From the NCBI GenBank assembly GCA_964016885.1, contig OZ024758.1:40135096-40199095 (forward strand): a DNA stretch of 64,000 nucleotides, read 5' to 3'. Origin of the DNA: Eledone cirrhosa (taxonomy: Eukaryota). Shown one piece after another: positions 39,071 to 51,200 of the stretch (its first letter is position 1; every line of letters begins with the position of its first letter). A model generated the notes under the pieces. It was not told the DNA's origin, ran no database searches, and worked only from the letters and a program-made list of their open reading frames with translations. Position numbers and translations under genes: made by a program.

Positions 39071-41249
39071 TTAGCTTAGCGTAGGATAGCTTATCTTAGC
39101 TTAGGATAGCTTAGCTTAGCTTAGGATAGCTTAGCTTAGCTTAGGATAGCTTAGCTTAGCTTAGCTTAGGATAGCTTAGCTTAGCTTAGCTTAGGATAGC
39201 TTAGCTTAGCTTAGCTTAGGATAGCTTAGCTTAGCTTAGCTTAGGATAGCTTAGCTTAGCTTAGCTTAGGAGAGCTTAGCTTAGCTTAGCTTAGGATAGC
39301 TTAGCTTAGCTTAGGATAGCTTAGCTTAGCTTAGCTTAGGATAGCTTAGCTTAGCTTAGCTTAGGATAGCTTAGCTTAGCTTAGCTTAGCTTAGGATAGC
39401 TTAGCTTAGCTTAGCTTAGCTTAGCTTAGGATAGCTTAGCTTAGCTTAGGATAGCTTAGCTTAGCTTAGCTTAGGATAGCTTAGCTTAGCTTAGGATAGC
39501 TTAGCTTAGCTTAGCTTAGGATAGCTTAGCTTAGCTTAGCTTAGGATAGCTTAGCTTAGCTTAGCTTAGCTTAGGATAGTTTAGCTTAGCTTAGCTTAGC
39601 TTAGGATAGCTTAGCTTAGCTAAGGATAGCTTAGGATAGCTTAGCTTAGGATAGCTTAGGATAGCTTAGCTTAGGATAGCTTAGCTTAGGATAGCTTAGC
39701 TTAGGATAGCTTAGGATAGCTTAGCTTAGCTTAGCTTAGGATAGCTTAGCTTAGCTTAGCTTAGGATAGCTTAGCTTAGCTTAGGATAGCTTAGCTTAGC
39801 TTAGGATAGCTTAGCTTAGCTTAGCTTAGGATAGCTTAGCTTAGGATAGCTTAGCTTAGGATAGCTTAGCTTAAGTCAGCTTAGCTTAGCTTAGCTTAGG
39901 ATAGCTTAGGATAGCTTAGCTTAGGATAGCTTAGCTTAGCTTAGCTTAGGATAGCTTAGCTTAGCTTAGCTTAGGATAGCTTAGCTTAGCTTAGCTTAGG
40001 ATAGCTTAGCTTAGGATAGCTTAGGATAGCTTAGCTTAGCTTAGCTTACGATAGCTTAGCTTAGGATAGCTTAGGATAGCTTAGCTTAGCTTAGCTTAGC
40101 TTAGGATAGCTTAGCTTAGCTTAGGATAGCTTAGCTTAGCTTAGCTTAGGATAGCTTAGCTTAGCTTAGCTTAGGATAGCTTAGGATAGCTTAGGATAGC
40201 TTAGCTTAGCTTAGCTTAGGATAGCTTAGCTTAGCTTAGCTTAGGATAGCTTAGCTTAGCTTAGCTGAGGATAGCTTAGCTTAGCTTAGCTTAGCTTAGG
40301 ATAGCTTAGCTTAGCTTAGGATAGCTTATCTTAGCTTAGCTTAGGATAGCTTAACTTAGGATAGCTTAGCTTAGCTTAGGATAGCTTAACTTAGGATAGC
40401 TTAGCTTAGCTTAGGATAGCTTAACTTATCTTAGCTTAGGATAGCTTAGCTTAGCTTAGGATAGCTTAGCTTAGCTTAGCTTAGGATAGCTTAGCTTAGC
40501 TTAGGATAGCTTAGCTTAGCTTAGGATAGCTTAGCTTAGCTTAGCTTAGGATAGCTTAGCTTAGCTTAGCTTAGGATAGCTTAGCTTAGCTTAGCTTAGG
40601 ATAGCTTAGCTTAGGATAGCTTAGCTTAGGATAGCTTAGCTTAGGTTAGCTTAGCTTAGCTTAGCTTAGGATAGCTTAGGATAGCTTAGCTTAGGATAGC
40701 TTAGCTTAGCTTAGCTTAGGATAGCTTAGCTTAGTTTAGCTTAGGATAGCTTAGCTTAGCTTAGCTTAGGATAGCTTAGCTTAGGATAGCTTAGGATTGC
40801 TTAGCTTAGCTTAGCTTGGGATAGCTTAGCTTAGCTTAGCTTAGGATAGCTTAGCTTAGCTTAGGATAGCTTAGCTTAGCTTAGCTTAGGATAGCTTAGC
40901 TTAGCTTAGCTTAGGATAGCTTAGCTTAGCTTAGCTTAGGATAGCTTAGGATAGCTTAGGATAGCTTAGCTTAGCTTAGCTTAGGATAGCTTAGCTTAGC
41001 TTAGGATAGCTTAGCTTAGCTTAGCTTAGGATAGCTTAGCTTAGCTTAGGATAGCTTAGCTTAGCTTAGCTTAGGATAGCTTAGCTTAGCTTAGCTTAGG
41101 ATAGCTTAGCTTAGCTTAGCTTAGGATAGCTTAGCTTAGCTTAGCTTAGCTTAGGATAGATTAGCTTAGCTTAGGATAGCTTAGCTTAGCTTAGCTTAGG
41201 AAAGCTTAGCTTAGCTTAGGATAGCTTAGTTTAGCTTAGCTTAGGAGAG

Positions 41250-44200
41250 CTTAGCTTAGGATAGCTTAGGAAAGCTTAGCTTAGCTTAGCTTAGGATAGC
41301 TTAGCTTAGCTTAGCTTAGGATAGCTTAGCTTAGCTTAGGATAGTTTAGCTTAGCTTAGCTTAGGATAGCTTAGCTTAGCTTAGCTTAGGATAGCTTAGC
41401 TTAGCTTAGCTTAGGATAGCTTAGCTTAGCTTAGGATAGCTTAGCTTAGCTTAGCTTAGGATAGCTTAGCTTAGCTTAGGATAGCTTAGCTTAGATTAGC
41501 TTAGGATAGCTTAGCTTAGCTTAGCTTAGGATAGCTTAGCTTAGGATAGCTTAGCTTAGCTTAGCTTAGGATAGCTTAGCTTAGCTTAGCTTAGGATAGC
41601 TTAGCTTAGCTTAGCTTAGGATAGCTTAGCTTAGCTTAGCTTAGTATAGCTTAGCTTAGCTTAGCTTAGTATAGCTTAGCTTAGCTTAGCTTAGGATAGC
41701 TTAGCTTAGCTTAGCTTAGGATAGCTTAGCTTAGCTTAGCTTAGGATAGCTTAGCTTAGCTTAGCTTAGGATAGCTTAGCTTAGCTTGGCTTAGGATAGC
41801 TTAGCTTAGCTTGGCTTAGGATAGCTTAGCTTAGCTTAGCTTAGGATAGCTTAGCTTAGCTTAGCTTAGGATAGCTTAGCTTAGCTTAGCTTAGGATAGC
41901 TTAGCTTAGCTTAGCTTAGGATAGCTTAGCTTAGTTTAGGATAGCTTAGCTTAGCTTAGCTTAGGATAGCTTAGGATAGCTTAGCTTAGGATAGCTTAGG
42001 TTAGCTTAGCTTAGGATAGCTTAGGATAGCTTAGGTTAGGATAGCTTAGCTTAGGATAGCTTAGTATAGCTTAGCTTAGGATAGCTTAGGATAGCTTAGC
42101 TTAGGATAGCTTAGGATAGCTTAGCTTAGGATAGCTTAGCTTAGGATAGCTTAGGAAAGCTTAGCTTAGCTTAGCTTAGGATAGCTTAGCTTAGCTTAGC
42201 TTAGGATAGCTTAGCTTAGCTTAGCTTAGGATAGCTTAGGATAGCTTAGGATAGCTTAGCTTAGGATAGCTTAGCTTAGGAGAGCTTAGCTTAGGATAGC
42301 TTAGGATAGCTTAGCTTAGGATAGCTTAGGATAGCTTAGCTTAGGATAGCTTAGCTTAGGATAGCTTAGGATAGCTTAGCTTAGCTTAGCTTAGGATAGC
42401 TTAGCTTAGCTTAGCTTAGGATAGCTTAGCTTAGCTTAGCTTAGCTTAGGATAGCTTAGCTTAGCTTAGCTTAGGATAGCTTAGGATAGCTTAGCTTAGG
42501 ATAGCTTAGGATAGCTTAGCTTAGGATAGCTTAGGATAGCTTAGCTTAGGATAGCTTAGGATAGCTTAGCTTAGGATAGCTTAGCTTAGGATAGCTTAGC
42601 TTAGCTTAGCTTAGGATAGCTTAGCTTAGGATAGCTTAGGATAGCTTAGCTTTGGATAGCTTAGCTTAGCTTAGCTTAGGATAGCTTAGCTTAGCTTAGC
42701 TTAGGATAGCTTAGCTTAGCTTAGCTTAGGATAGCTTAGCTTAGCTTAGCTTAGAATAGCTTAGCTTAGGATAGCTTAGCTTAGGATAGCTTAGCTTAGG
42801 ATAGCTTAGGATAGCTTAGCTTAGGATAGCTTAGGATAGCTTAGCTTAGGATAGCTTAGCTTAGCTTAGATTAGGATAGCTTAGCTTAGCTTAGGATAGC
42901 TTAGCTTAGCTTAGCTTAGGATAGCTTAGCTTAGGATAGCTTAGGAAAGCTTAGCTTAGCTTAGCTTAGGATAGCTTAGCTTAGCTTAGCTTAGGATAGC
43001 TTAGCTTAGCTTAGGATAGTTTAGCTTAGCTTAGCTTAGGATAGCTTAGCTTAGCTTAGCTTAGGATAGCTTAGCTTAGCTTAGCTTAGGATAGCTTAGC
43101 TTAGCTTAGGATAGCTTAGCTTGGCTTAGCTTAGGATAGCTTAGCTTAGCTTAGGATAGCTTAGCTTAGCTTAGCTTAGGATAGCTTAGCTTAGCTTAGC
43201 TTAGGATAGCTTAGCTTAGGATAGCTTAGCTTAGCTTAGCTTAGGATAGCTTAGCTTAGCTTAGCTTAGGATAGCTTAGCTTAGCTTAGCTTAGGATAGC
43301 TTAGCTTAGCTTAGCTTAGTATAGCTTAGCTTAGCTTAGCTTAGGCTAGCTTAGCTTAGCTTAGCTTAGGATAGCTTAGCTTAGCTTAGCTTAGGATAGC
43401 TTAGCTTAGCTTGGCTTAGGATAGCTTAGCTTAGCTTAGCTTAGGATAGCTTAGCTTAGCTTAGCTTAGGATAGCTTAGCTTAGCTTAGCTTAGGATAGC
43501 TTAGCTTAGCTTAGCTTAGGATAGCTTAGCTTAGTTTAGGATAGCTTAGCTTAGCTTAGCTTAGGATAGCTTAGGATAGCTTAGCTTAGGATAGCTTAGG
43601 ATAGCTTAGCTTAGGATAGCTTAGGATAGCTTAGGTTAGGATAGCTTAGCTTAGGATAGCTTAGGATAGCTTAGCTTAGGATAGCTTAGGATAGCTTAGC
43701 TTAGGATAGCTTAGGATAGCTTAGCTTAGGATAGCTTAGCTTAGGATAGCTTAGGAAAGCTTAGCTTAGCTTAGCTTAGGATAGCTTAGCTTAGCTTAGC
43801 TTAGGATAGCTTAGCTTAGCTTAGCTTAGGATAGCTTAGGATAGCTTAGCTTAGGATAGCTTAGGATAGCTTAGCTTAGGATAGCTTAGCTTAGGAGAGC
43901 TTAGCTTAGGATAGCTTAGGATAGCTTATAGCTTAGGATAGCTTAGCTTAGGATAGCTTAGCTTAGGATAGCTTAGGATAGCTTAGCTTAGCTTAGCTTA
44001 GGATAGCTTAGCTTAGCTTAGCTTAGGATAGCTTAGCTTAGCTTAGCTTAGCTTAGGATAGCTTAGCTTAGCTTAGCTTAGGATAGCTTAGGATAGCTTA
44101 GCTTAGGATAGCTTAGGATAGCTTAGCTTAGGATAGCTTAGGATAGCTTAGCTTAGGATAGCTTAGGATAGCTTAGCTTAGGATAGCTTAGCTTAGGATA

Positions 44201-44400
44201 GCTTAGCTTAGCTTAGCTTAGGATAGCTTAGCTTAGGATAGCTTAGGATAGCTTAGCTTAGGATAGCTTAGCTTAGGATAGCTTAGGATAGCTTAGCTTA
44301 GCTTAGCTTAGGATAGCTTAGCTTAGCTTAGCTTAGGATAGCTTAGCTTAGCTTAGGATAGCTTAGCTTAGCTTAGCTTAGGATAGCTTAGCTTAGCTTA
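41250..44400 (+). repeat. Diverged tandem pair of 1.6-1.68 kb units
   Basis: GGAAA 41269/42944 and GTTTA 41344/43019 (offset 1675). GTTTA 41934/43534, GGTTA-GGATA 42034/43634 and GGAAA 42154/43754 (offset 1600). Confidence 0.8.
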
Positions 44401-44479
44401 GCTTAGGATAGCTTAGCTTAGCTTAGGATAGCTTAGCTTAGCTTAGCTTAGCTTAGGAAAGCTTAGCTTAGCTTAGCTT

Positions 44480-47400
44480 AGGATAGCGTAGCTTAGGATA
44501 GCTTAGCTTAGGATAGCTTAGCTTAGGATAGCTTAGCTTAGGTTAGCTTAGCTTAGCTTAGCTTAGGATAGCTTAGGATAGCTTAGCTTAGGATAGCTTA
44601 GCTTAGCTTAGCTTAGGATAGCTTAGCTTAGTTTAGCTTAGGATAGCTTAGCTTAGCTTAGCTTAGGATAGCTTAGCTTAGGATAGCTTAGGATTGCTTA
44701 GCTTAGCTTAGCTTAGGATAGCTTAGCTTAGCTTAGCTTAGGATAGCTTAGCTTAGCTTAGGATAGCTTAGCTTAGCTTAGCTTAGGATAGCTTAGCTTA
44801 GCTTAGCTTAGGATAGCTTAGCTTAGCTTAGCTTAGGATAGCTTAGGATAGCTTAGGATAGCTTAGCTTAGCTTAGCTTAGGATAGCTTAGCTTAGCTTA
44901 GGATAGCTTAGCTTAGCTTAGGATAGCTTAGCTTAGCTTAGCTTAGGATAGCTTAGCTTAGCTTAGGATAGCTTAGCTTAGCTTAGCTTAGGATAGCTTA
45001 GCTTAGCTTAGCTTAGGATAGCTTAGCTTAGCTTAGCTTAGGATAGCTTAGCTTAGCTTAGCTTAGGATAGATTAGCTTAGCTTAGGATAGCTTAGCTTA
45101 GCTTAGCTTAGGAAAGCTTAGCTTAGCTTAGGATAGCTTAGTTTAGCTTAGCTTAGGAGAGCTTAGCTTAGCTTAGCTTAGGATAGCTTAGCTTAGCTTA
45201 GCTTAGGATAGCTTAGCTTAGCTTAGCTTAGGTAGCTTAGCTTAGCTTAGCTTAGGATAGCTTAGCTTAGCTTAGCTTAGCTTAGGATAGCTTAGCTTAG
45301 CTTAGCTTAGGAGAGCTTAGCTTAGCTTAGCTTAGGATAGCTTAGGATAGCTTAGCTTAGGATAGCTTAGGATAGCTTACCTTAGGAGAGCTTAGCTTAG
45401 GATAGCTTAGCTTAGGATAGCTTAGGATAGCTTAGCTTAGGATAGCTTAGCTTAGGATAGCTTAGCTTAGGATAGCTTAGGATAGCTTAGCTTAGCTTAG
45501 CTTAGGATAGCTTAGCTTAGCTTAGCTTAGGATAGCTTAGCTTAGGTTAGCTTAGCTTAGCTTAGCTTAGCTTAGGATAGCTTAGCTTAGGATAGCTTAG
45601 GATAGCTTAGCTTAGGATAGCTTAGGATAGCTTAGCTTAGGAGAGCTTAGCTTAGGATAGCTTAGGATAGCTTAGCTTAGGATAGCTTAGGATAGCTTAG
45701 CTTAGGATAGCTTAGCTTAGGATAGCTTAGGATAGCTTAGCTTAGCTTAGGATAGCTTAGCTTAGCTTAGCTTAGGATAGCTTAGCTTAGCTTAGCTTAG
45801 GATAGCTTAGCTTAGCTTAGCTTAGGATAGCTTAGGATAGCTTAGCTTAGGATAGCTTAGGATAGCTTAGCTTAGGATAGCTTAGGATAGCTTAGGATAG
45901 CTTAGCTTAGCTTAGCTTAGGATAGCTTAGCTTAGCTTAGCTTAGGATAGCTTAGCTTAGCTTAGCTTAGGATAGCTTAGCTTAGCTTAGGATAGCTTAG
46001 CTTAGCTTAGCTTAGGATAGCTTAGCTTAGCTTAGCTTAGGACAGCTTAGCTTAGCTTAGCTTAGGATAGCTTAGCTTAGCTTAGGATAGCTTAGCTTAG
46101 CTTAGCTTAGGATAGCTTAGCTTAGCTTAGCTTAGGATAGCTTAGCTTAGGATAGCTTAGCTTAGGATAGCTTAGCTTAGGTTAGCTTAGCTTAGCTTAG
46201 CTTAGGATAGCTTAGGATAGCTTAGCTTAGGATAGCTTAGCTTAGCTTAGCTTAGGATAGCTTAGCTTAGCTTAGCTTAGGATAGCTTAGCTTAGCTTAG
46301 CTTAGGATAGCTTAGCTTAGCTTAGCTTAGGATAGCTTAGCTTAGGATAGCTTAGGATAGCTTAGCTTAGCTTAGCTTAGGGTAGCTTAGCTTAGCTTAG
46401 CTTAGGATAGCTTAGCTTAGCTTAGGATAGCTTAGCTTAGCTTAGCTTAGGATAGCTTAGCTTAGCTTAGCTTAGGATAGCTTAGCTTAGCTTAGCTTAG
46501 GATAGCTTAGGATAGCTTAGGATAGCTTAGCTTAGCTTAGCTTAGGATAGCTTAGCTTAGCTTAGCTTAGGATAGCTTAGCTTAGCTTAGCTTAGGATAG
46601 CTTAGCTTAGCTTAGGATAGCTTAGCTTAGCTTAGCTTAGGATAGCTTAGCTTAGCTTAGCTTAGGATAGCTTAGCTTAGCTTAGCTTAGGATAGCTTAG
46701 CTTAGCTTAGGATAGCTTAGCTTAGCTTAGCTTAGGTAGCTTAGCTTAGGATAGCTTAGGATAGCTTAGCTTAGGATAGCTTAGCTTAGGATAGCTTAGG
46801 ATAGCTTAGCTTAGCTTAGCTTAGGATAGCTTATCTTAGCTTAGCTTAGGATAGCTTAGCTTAGCTTAGGATAGCTTAGCTTAGCTTAGCTTAGGATAGC
46901 TTAGCTTAGCTTAGCTTAGGATAGCTTAGCTTAGCTTAGGATAGCTTAGCTTAGCTTAGCTTAGGATAGCTTAGCTTAGCTTAGCTTAGGATAGCTTAGC
47001 TTAGCTTAGCTTAGGATAGCTTAGCTTAGGATAGCTTAGCTTAGGATAGCTTAGCTTAGGTTAGCTTAGCTTAGCTTAGCTTAGGATAGCTTAGGATAGC
47101 TTAGCTTTGGATAGCTTAGCTTAGCTTAGCTTAGGATAGCTTAGCTTAGCTTAGCTTAGGATAGCTTAGCTTAGGATAGCTTAGGATTGCTTAGCTTAGC
47201 TTAGCTTAGGATAGCTTAGCTTAGCTTAGCTTAGGATAGCTTAGCTTAGCTTAGGATAGCTTAGCTTAGCTTAGCTTAGGATAGCTTAGCTTAGCTTAGC
47301 TTAGGATAGCTTAGCTTAGCTTAGCTTAGGATAGCTTAGCTTAGCTTAGCTTAGGATAGCTTAGCTTAGCTTAGGATAGCTTAGCTTAGCTTAGCTTAGG

Positions 47401-48230
47401 ATAGCTTAGCTTAGCTTAGGATAGCTTAGCTTAGCTTAGCTTAGGATAGCTTAGCTTAGCTTAGCTTAGGATAGCTTAGCTTAGCTTAGCTTAGGATAGC
47501 TTAGCTTAGCTTAGCTTAGGATAGCTTAGCTTAGCTTAGCTTAGGATAGATTAGCTTAGCTTAGGATAGCTTAGCTTAGCTTAGCTTAGGAAAGCTTAGC
47601 TTAGCTTAGGATAGCTTAGCTTAGCTTAGGAGAGCTTAGCTTAGCTTAGCTTAGGATAGCTTAGCTTAGCTTAGCTTAGGATAGCTTAGCTTAGATTAGG
47701 TAGATTAGCTTAGCTTAGCTTAGGATAGCTTAGCTTAGCTTAGCTTAGCTTAGGATAGCTTAGCTTAGCTTAGCTTAGGAGAGCTTAGCTTAGCTTAGCT
47801 TAGGATAGCTTAGGATAGCTTAGCTTAGGATAGCTTAGGATAGCTTACCTTAGGAGAGCTTAGCTTAGGATAGCTTAGCTTAGGATAGCTTAGGATAGCT
47901 TAGCTTAGGATAGCTTAGCTTAGGATAGCTTAGCTTAGGATAGCTTAGGATAGCTTAGCTTAGCTTAGGATAGCTTAGCTTAGCTTAGCTTAGGATAGCT
48001 TAGCTTAGGTTAGCTTAGCTTAGCTTAGCTTAGCTTAGGATAGCTTAGCTTAGGATAGCTTAGGATAGCTTAGCTTAGGATAGCTTAGGATAGCTTAGCT
48101 TAGGATAGCTTAGCTTAGGATAGCTTAGGATAGCTTAGCTTAGGATAGCTTAGGATAGCTTAGCTTAGGATAGCTTAGCTTAGGATAGCTTAGGATAGCT
48201 TAGCTTAGCTTAGCTTAGGATAGCTTAGAT
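44480..48230 (+). repeat. HOR family A, middle cluster: about 1.5 copies
   Basis: Same landmark order as the left cluster. GGATT 44691, GGTA 45231 and 47699, CCTTA-GGAGA 45380 and 47848, GGACA 46040. Confidence 0.82.
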
Positions 48231-51200
48231 TAGCTTAGCTTAGGATAGCTTAGCTTAGCTTAGCTTAGGATAGCTTAGCTTAGCTTAGCTTAGCTTAGGA
48301 TAGCTTAGCTTAGCTTAGGATAGCTTAGCTTAGCTTAGGATAGCTTAGCTTAGCTTAGCTTAGGATAGCTTAGCTTAGCTTAGCTTAGGATAGCTTAGCT
48401 TAGCTTAGCTTAGGATAGCTTAGCTTAGCTTAGCTTAGGATAGCTTAGCTTAGCTTAGCTTAGGATAGCTTAGCTTAGCTTAGCTTAGGATAGCTTAGCT
48501 TAGCTTAGCTCAGGATAGCTTAGCTTAGGATAGCTTATCTTAGCTTAGCTTAGGATAGCTTAGCTTAGCTTAGCTTAGGATAGCTTAGCTTAGCTTAGCT
48601 TAGGATAGCTTAGCTTAGCTTGGCTTAGGATAGCTTAGCTTAGCTTAGCTTAGGATAGCCTAGCTTAGCTTAGCTTAGGATGGCTTAGCTTAGCTTAGCT
48701 TAGGATAGCTTAGCTTAGCTTAGCATAGGATAGCTTAGCTTAGTTTAGGATAGCTTAGCTTAGCTAAGCTTAGCTTAGGATAGCTTAGGATAGCTTAGCT
48801 TAGGATAGCTTAGGATAGCTTAGCTTAGGATAGCTTAGCTTAGCATAGCTTAGCTTAGGATAGCTTAGGATAGCTTAGCTTAGGATAGCTTAGGATAGCT
48901 TAGCTTAGGATAGCTTAGGATAGCTTAGCTTAGGATAGCTTAGCTTAGGATAGCTTAGGAAAGCTTAGCTTAGCTTAGCTTAGGATAGCTTAGCTTAGCT
49001 TAGCTTAGGATAGCTTAGCTTAGCTTAGCTTAGGATAGCTTAGGATAGCTTAGCTTAGGATAGCTTAGGATAGCTTAGATTAGGATAGCTTAGCTTAGGT
49101 TAGCTTAGCTTAGGATAGCTTAGGATAGCTTAGCTTAGGATAGCTTAGGATAGCTTAGCTTAGGATAGCTTAGCTTAGGATAGCTTAGGATAGCTTAGCT
49201 TAGCTTAGCTTAGGATAGCTTAGCTTAGCTTAGCTTAGGATAGCTTAGCTTAGCTTAGCTTAGCTTAGGATAGCTTAGCTTAGCTTAGCTTAGGATAGCT
49301 TAGGATAGCTTAGCTTAGGATAGTTTAGGATAGCTTAGGATAGCTTAGCTTAGGATAGCTTAGGATAGCTTAGCTTAGGATAGCTTAGCTTAGGATAGCT
49401 TAGCTTAGCTTAGCTTAGGATAGCTTAGCTTAGGATAGCTTAGGATAGCTTAGCTTAGGATAGCTTAGCTTAGGATAGCTTAGGATAGCTTAGCTTAGCT
49501 TAGCTTAGCTTAGCTTAGCTTAGGATAGCTTAGCTTAGCTTAGCTTAGGATAGCTTAGCTTAGCTTAGGATAGCTTAGCTTAGCTTAGCTTAGGTAGCTT
49601 AGCTTAGCTTAGCTTAGGATAGCTTAGCTTAGCTTAGCTTAGGATAGCTTAGCTTAGCTTAGCTTAGGATAGCTTAGCTTAGCTTAGCTTAGGATAGCTT
49701 AGCTTAGCTTAGCTTAGGATAGCTTAGCTTAGCTTAGCTTAGGTTAGCTTAGCTTAGGATAGCTTAGTTTAGGTTAGCTTAGCTTAGCTTAGCTTAGCAT
49801 AGCTTAGGATAGCTTAGCTTAGGATAGCTTAGCTTAGCTTAGCTTAGGATAGCTTAGCTTAGCTTAGCTTAGGATAGCTTAGCTTAGCTTAGCTTAGGAT
49901 AGCTTAGCTTAGGATAGCTTAGGATAGCTTAGCTTAGCTTAGCTTAGGATAGCTTAGCTTAGCTTAGCTTAGGATAGCTTAGCTTAGCTTAGGATAGCTT
50001 AGCTTAGCTTAGCTTAGGATAGCTTAGCTTAGCTTAGCTTAGGATAGCTTAGCTTAGCTTTGCTTAGGATAGCTTAGCTTAGCTTAGCTTAGGATAGCTT
50101 AGCTTAGCTTAGCTTAGGATAGCTTAGCTTAGCTTAGCTTAGGATAGCTTAGCTTAGCTTAGCTTAGGATAGCTTAGCTTAGCTTAGCTTAGGATAGCTT
50201 AGCTTAGCTTAGCTTAGGATCGCTTAGCTTAGCTTAGCTTAGGATAGCTTAGCTTAGCTTAGGATAGCTTAGCTTAGCTTAGCTTAGGATAGCTTAGCCT
50301 AGCTTAGGATAGCTTAGGATAGCTTAGCTTAGGAGAGCTTAGCTTAGCTTAGCTTAGGATAGCTTAGCTTAGCTTAGCTTAGGATAGCTTAGCTTAACTT
50401 AGCTTAGGATAGCTTAGCTTAGCTTAGGATAGCTTAGCTTAGCTTAGCTTAGGATAGCTTAGCTTAGCTTAGCTTAGGATAGCTTAGCTTAGCTTAGCTT
50501 AGGATAGCTTAGGATAGCTTAGCTTAGGATAGCTTAGGATAGCTTACCTTAGGAGAGCTTAGCTTAGGATAGCTTAGCTTAGGATAGCTTAGGATAGCTT
50601 AGCTTAGGATAGCTTAGCTTAGGATAGCTTAGCTTAGGATAGCTTAGGATAGCTTAGCTTAGCTTAGCTTAGGATAGCTTAGCTTAGCTTAGGATAGCTT
50701 AGCTTAGCTTAGCTTAGGATAGCTTAGCTTAGCTTAGCTTAGGATAGCTTAGGATAGCTTAGCTTAGGATAGCTTAGGATAGCTTAGCTTAGGATAGCTT
50801 AGCTTAGGATAGCTTAGCTTAGGATAGCTTAGGATAGCTTAGCTTAGGATATCTTAGGATAGCTTAGCTTAGGATAGCTTAGCTTAGGATAGCTTAGGAT
50901 AGCTTAGCTTAACTTAGCTTAGGATAGCTTAGCTTAGCTTAGGATAGCTTAGCTTAGCTTAGCTTAGGATAGCTTAGCTTAGCTTAGCTTAGGATAGCTT
51001 AGGATAGCTTAGCTTAGGATAGCTTAGGATAGCTTAGCTTAGGATAGCTTAGGATAGCTTAGCTTAGGATAGCTTAGCTTAGGATAGCTTAGCTTAGGAT
51101 AGTTTAGGATAGCTTAGCTTAGCTTAGCTTAGGATAGCTTAGGATAGCTTAGCTTAGGATAGCTTAGGATAGCTTAGCTTAGGATAGATTAGGATAGCTT

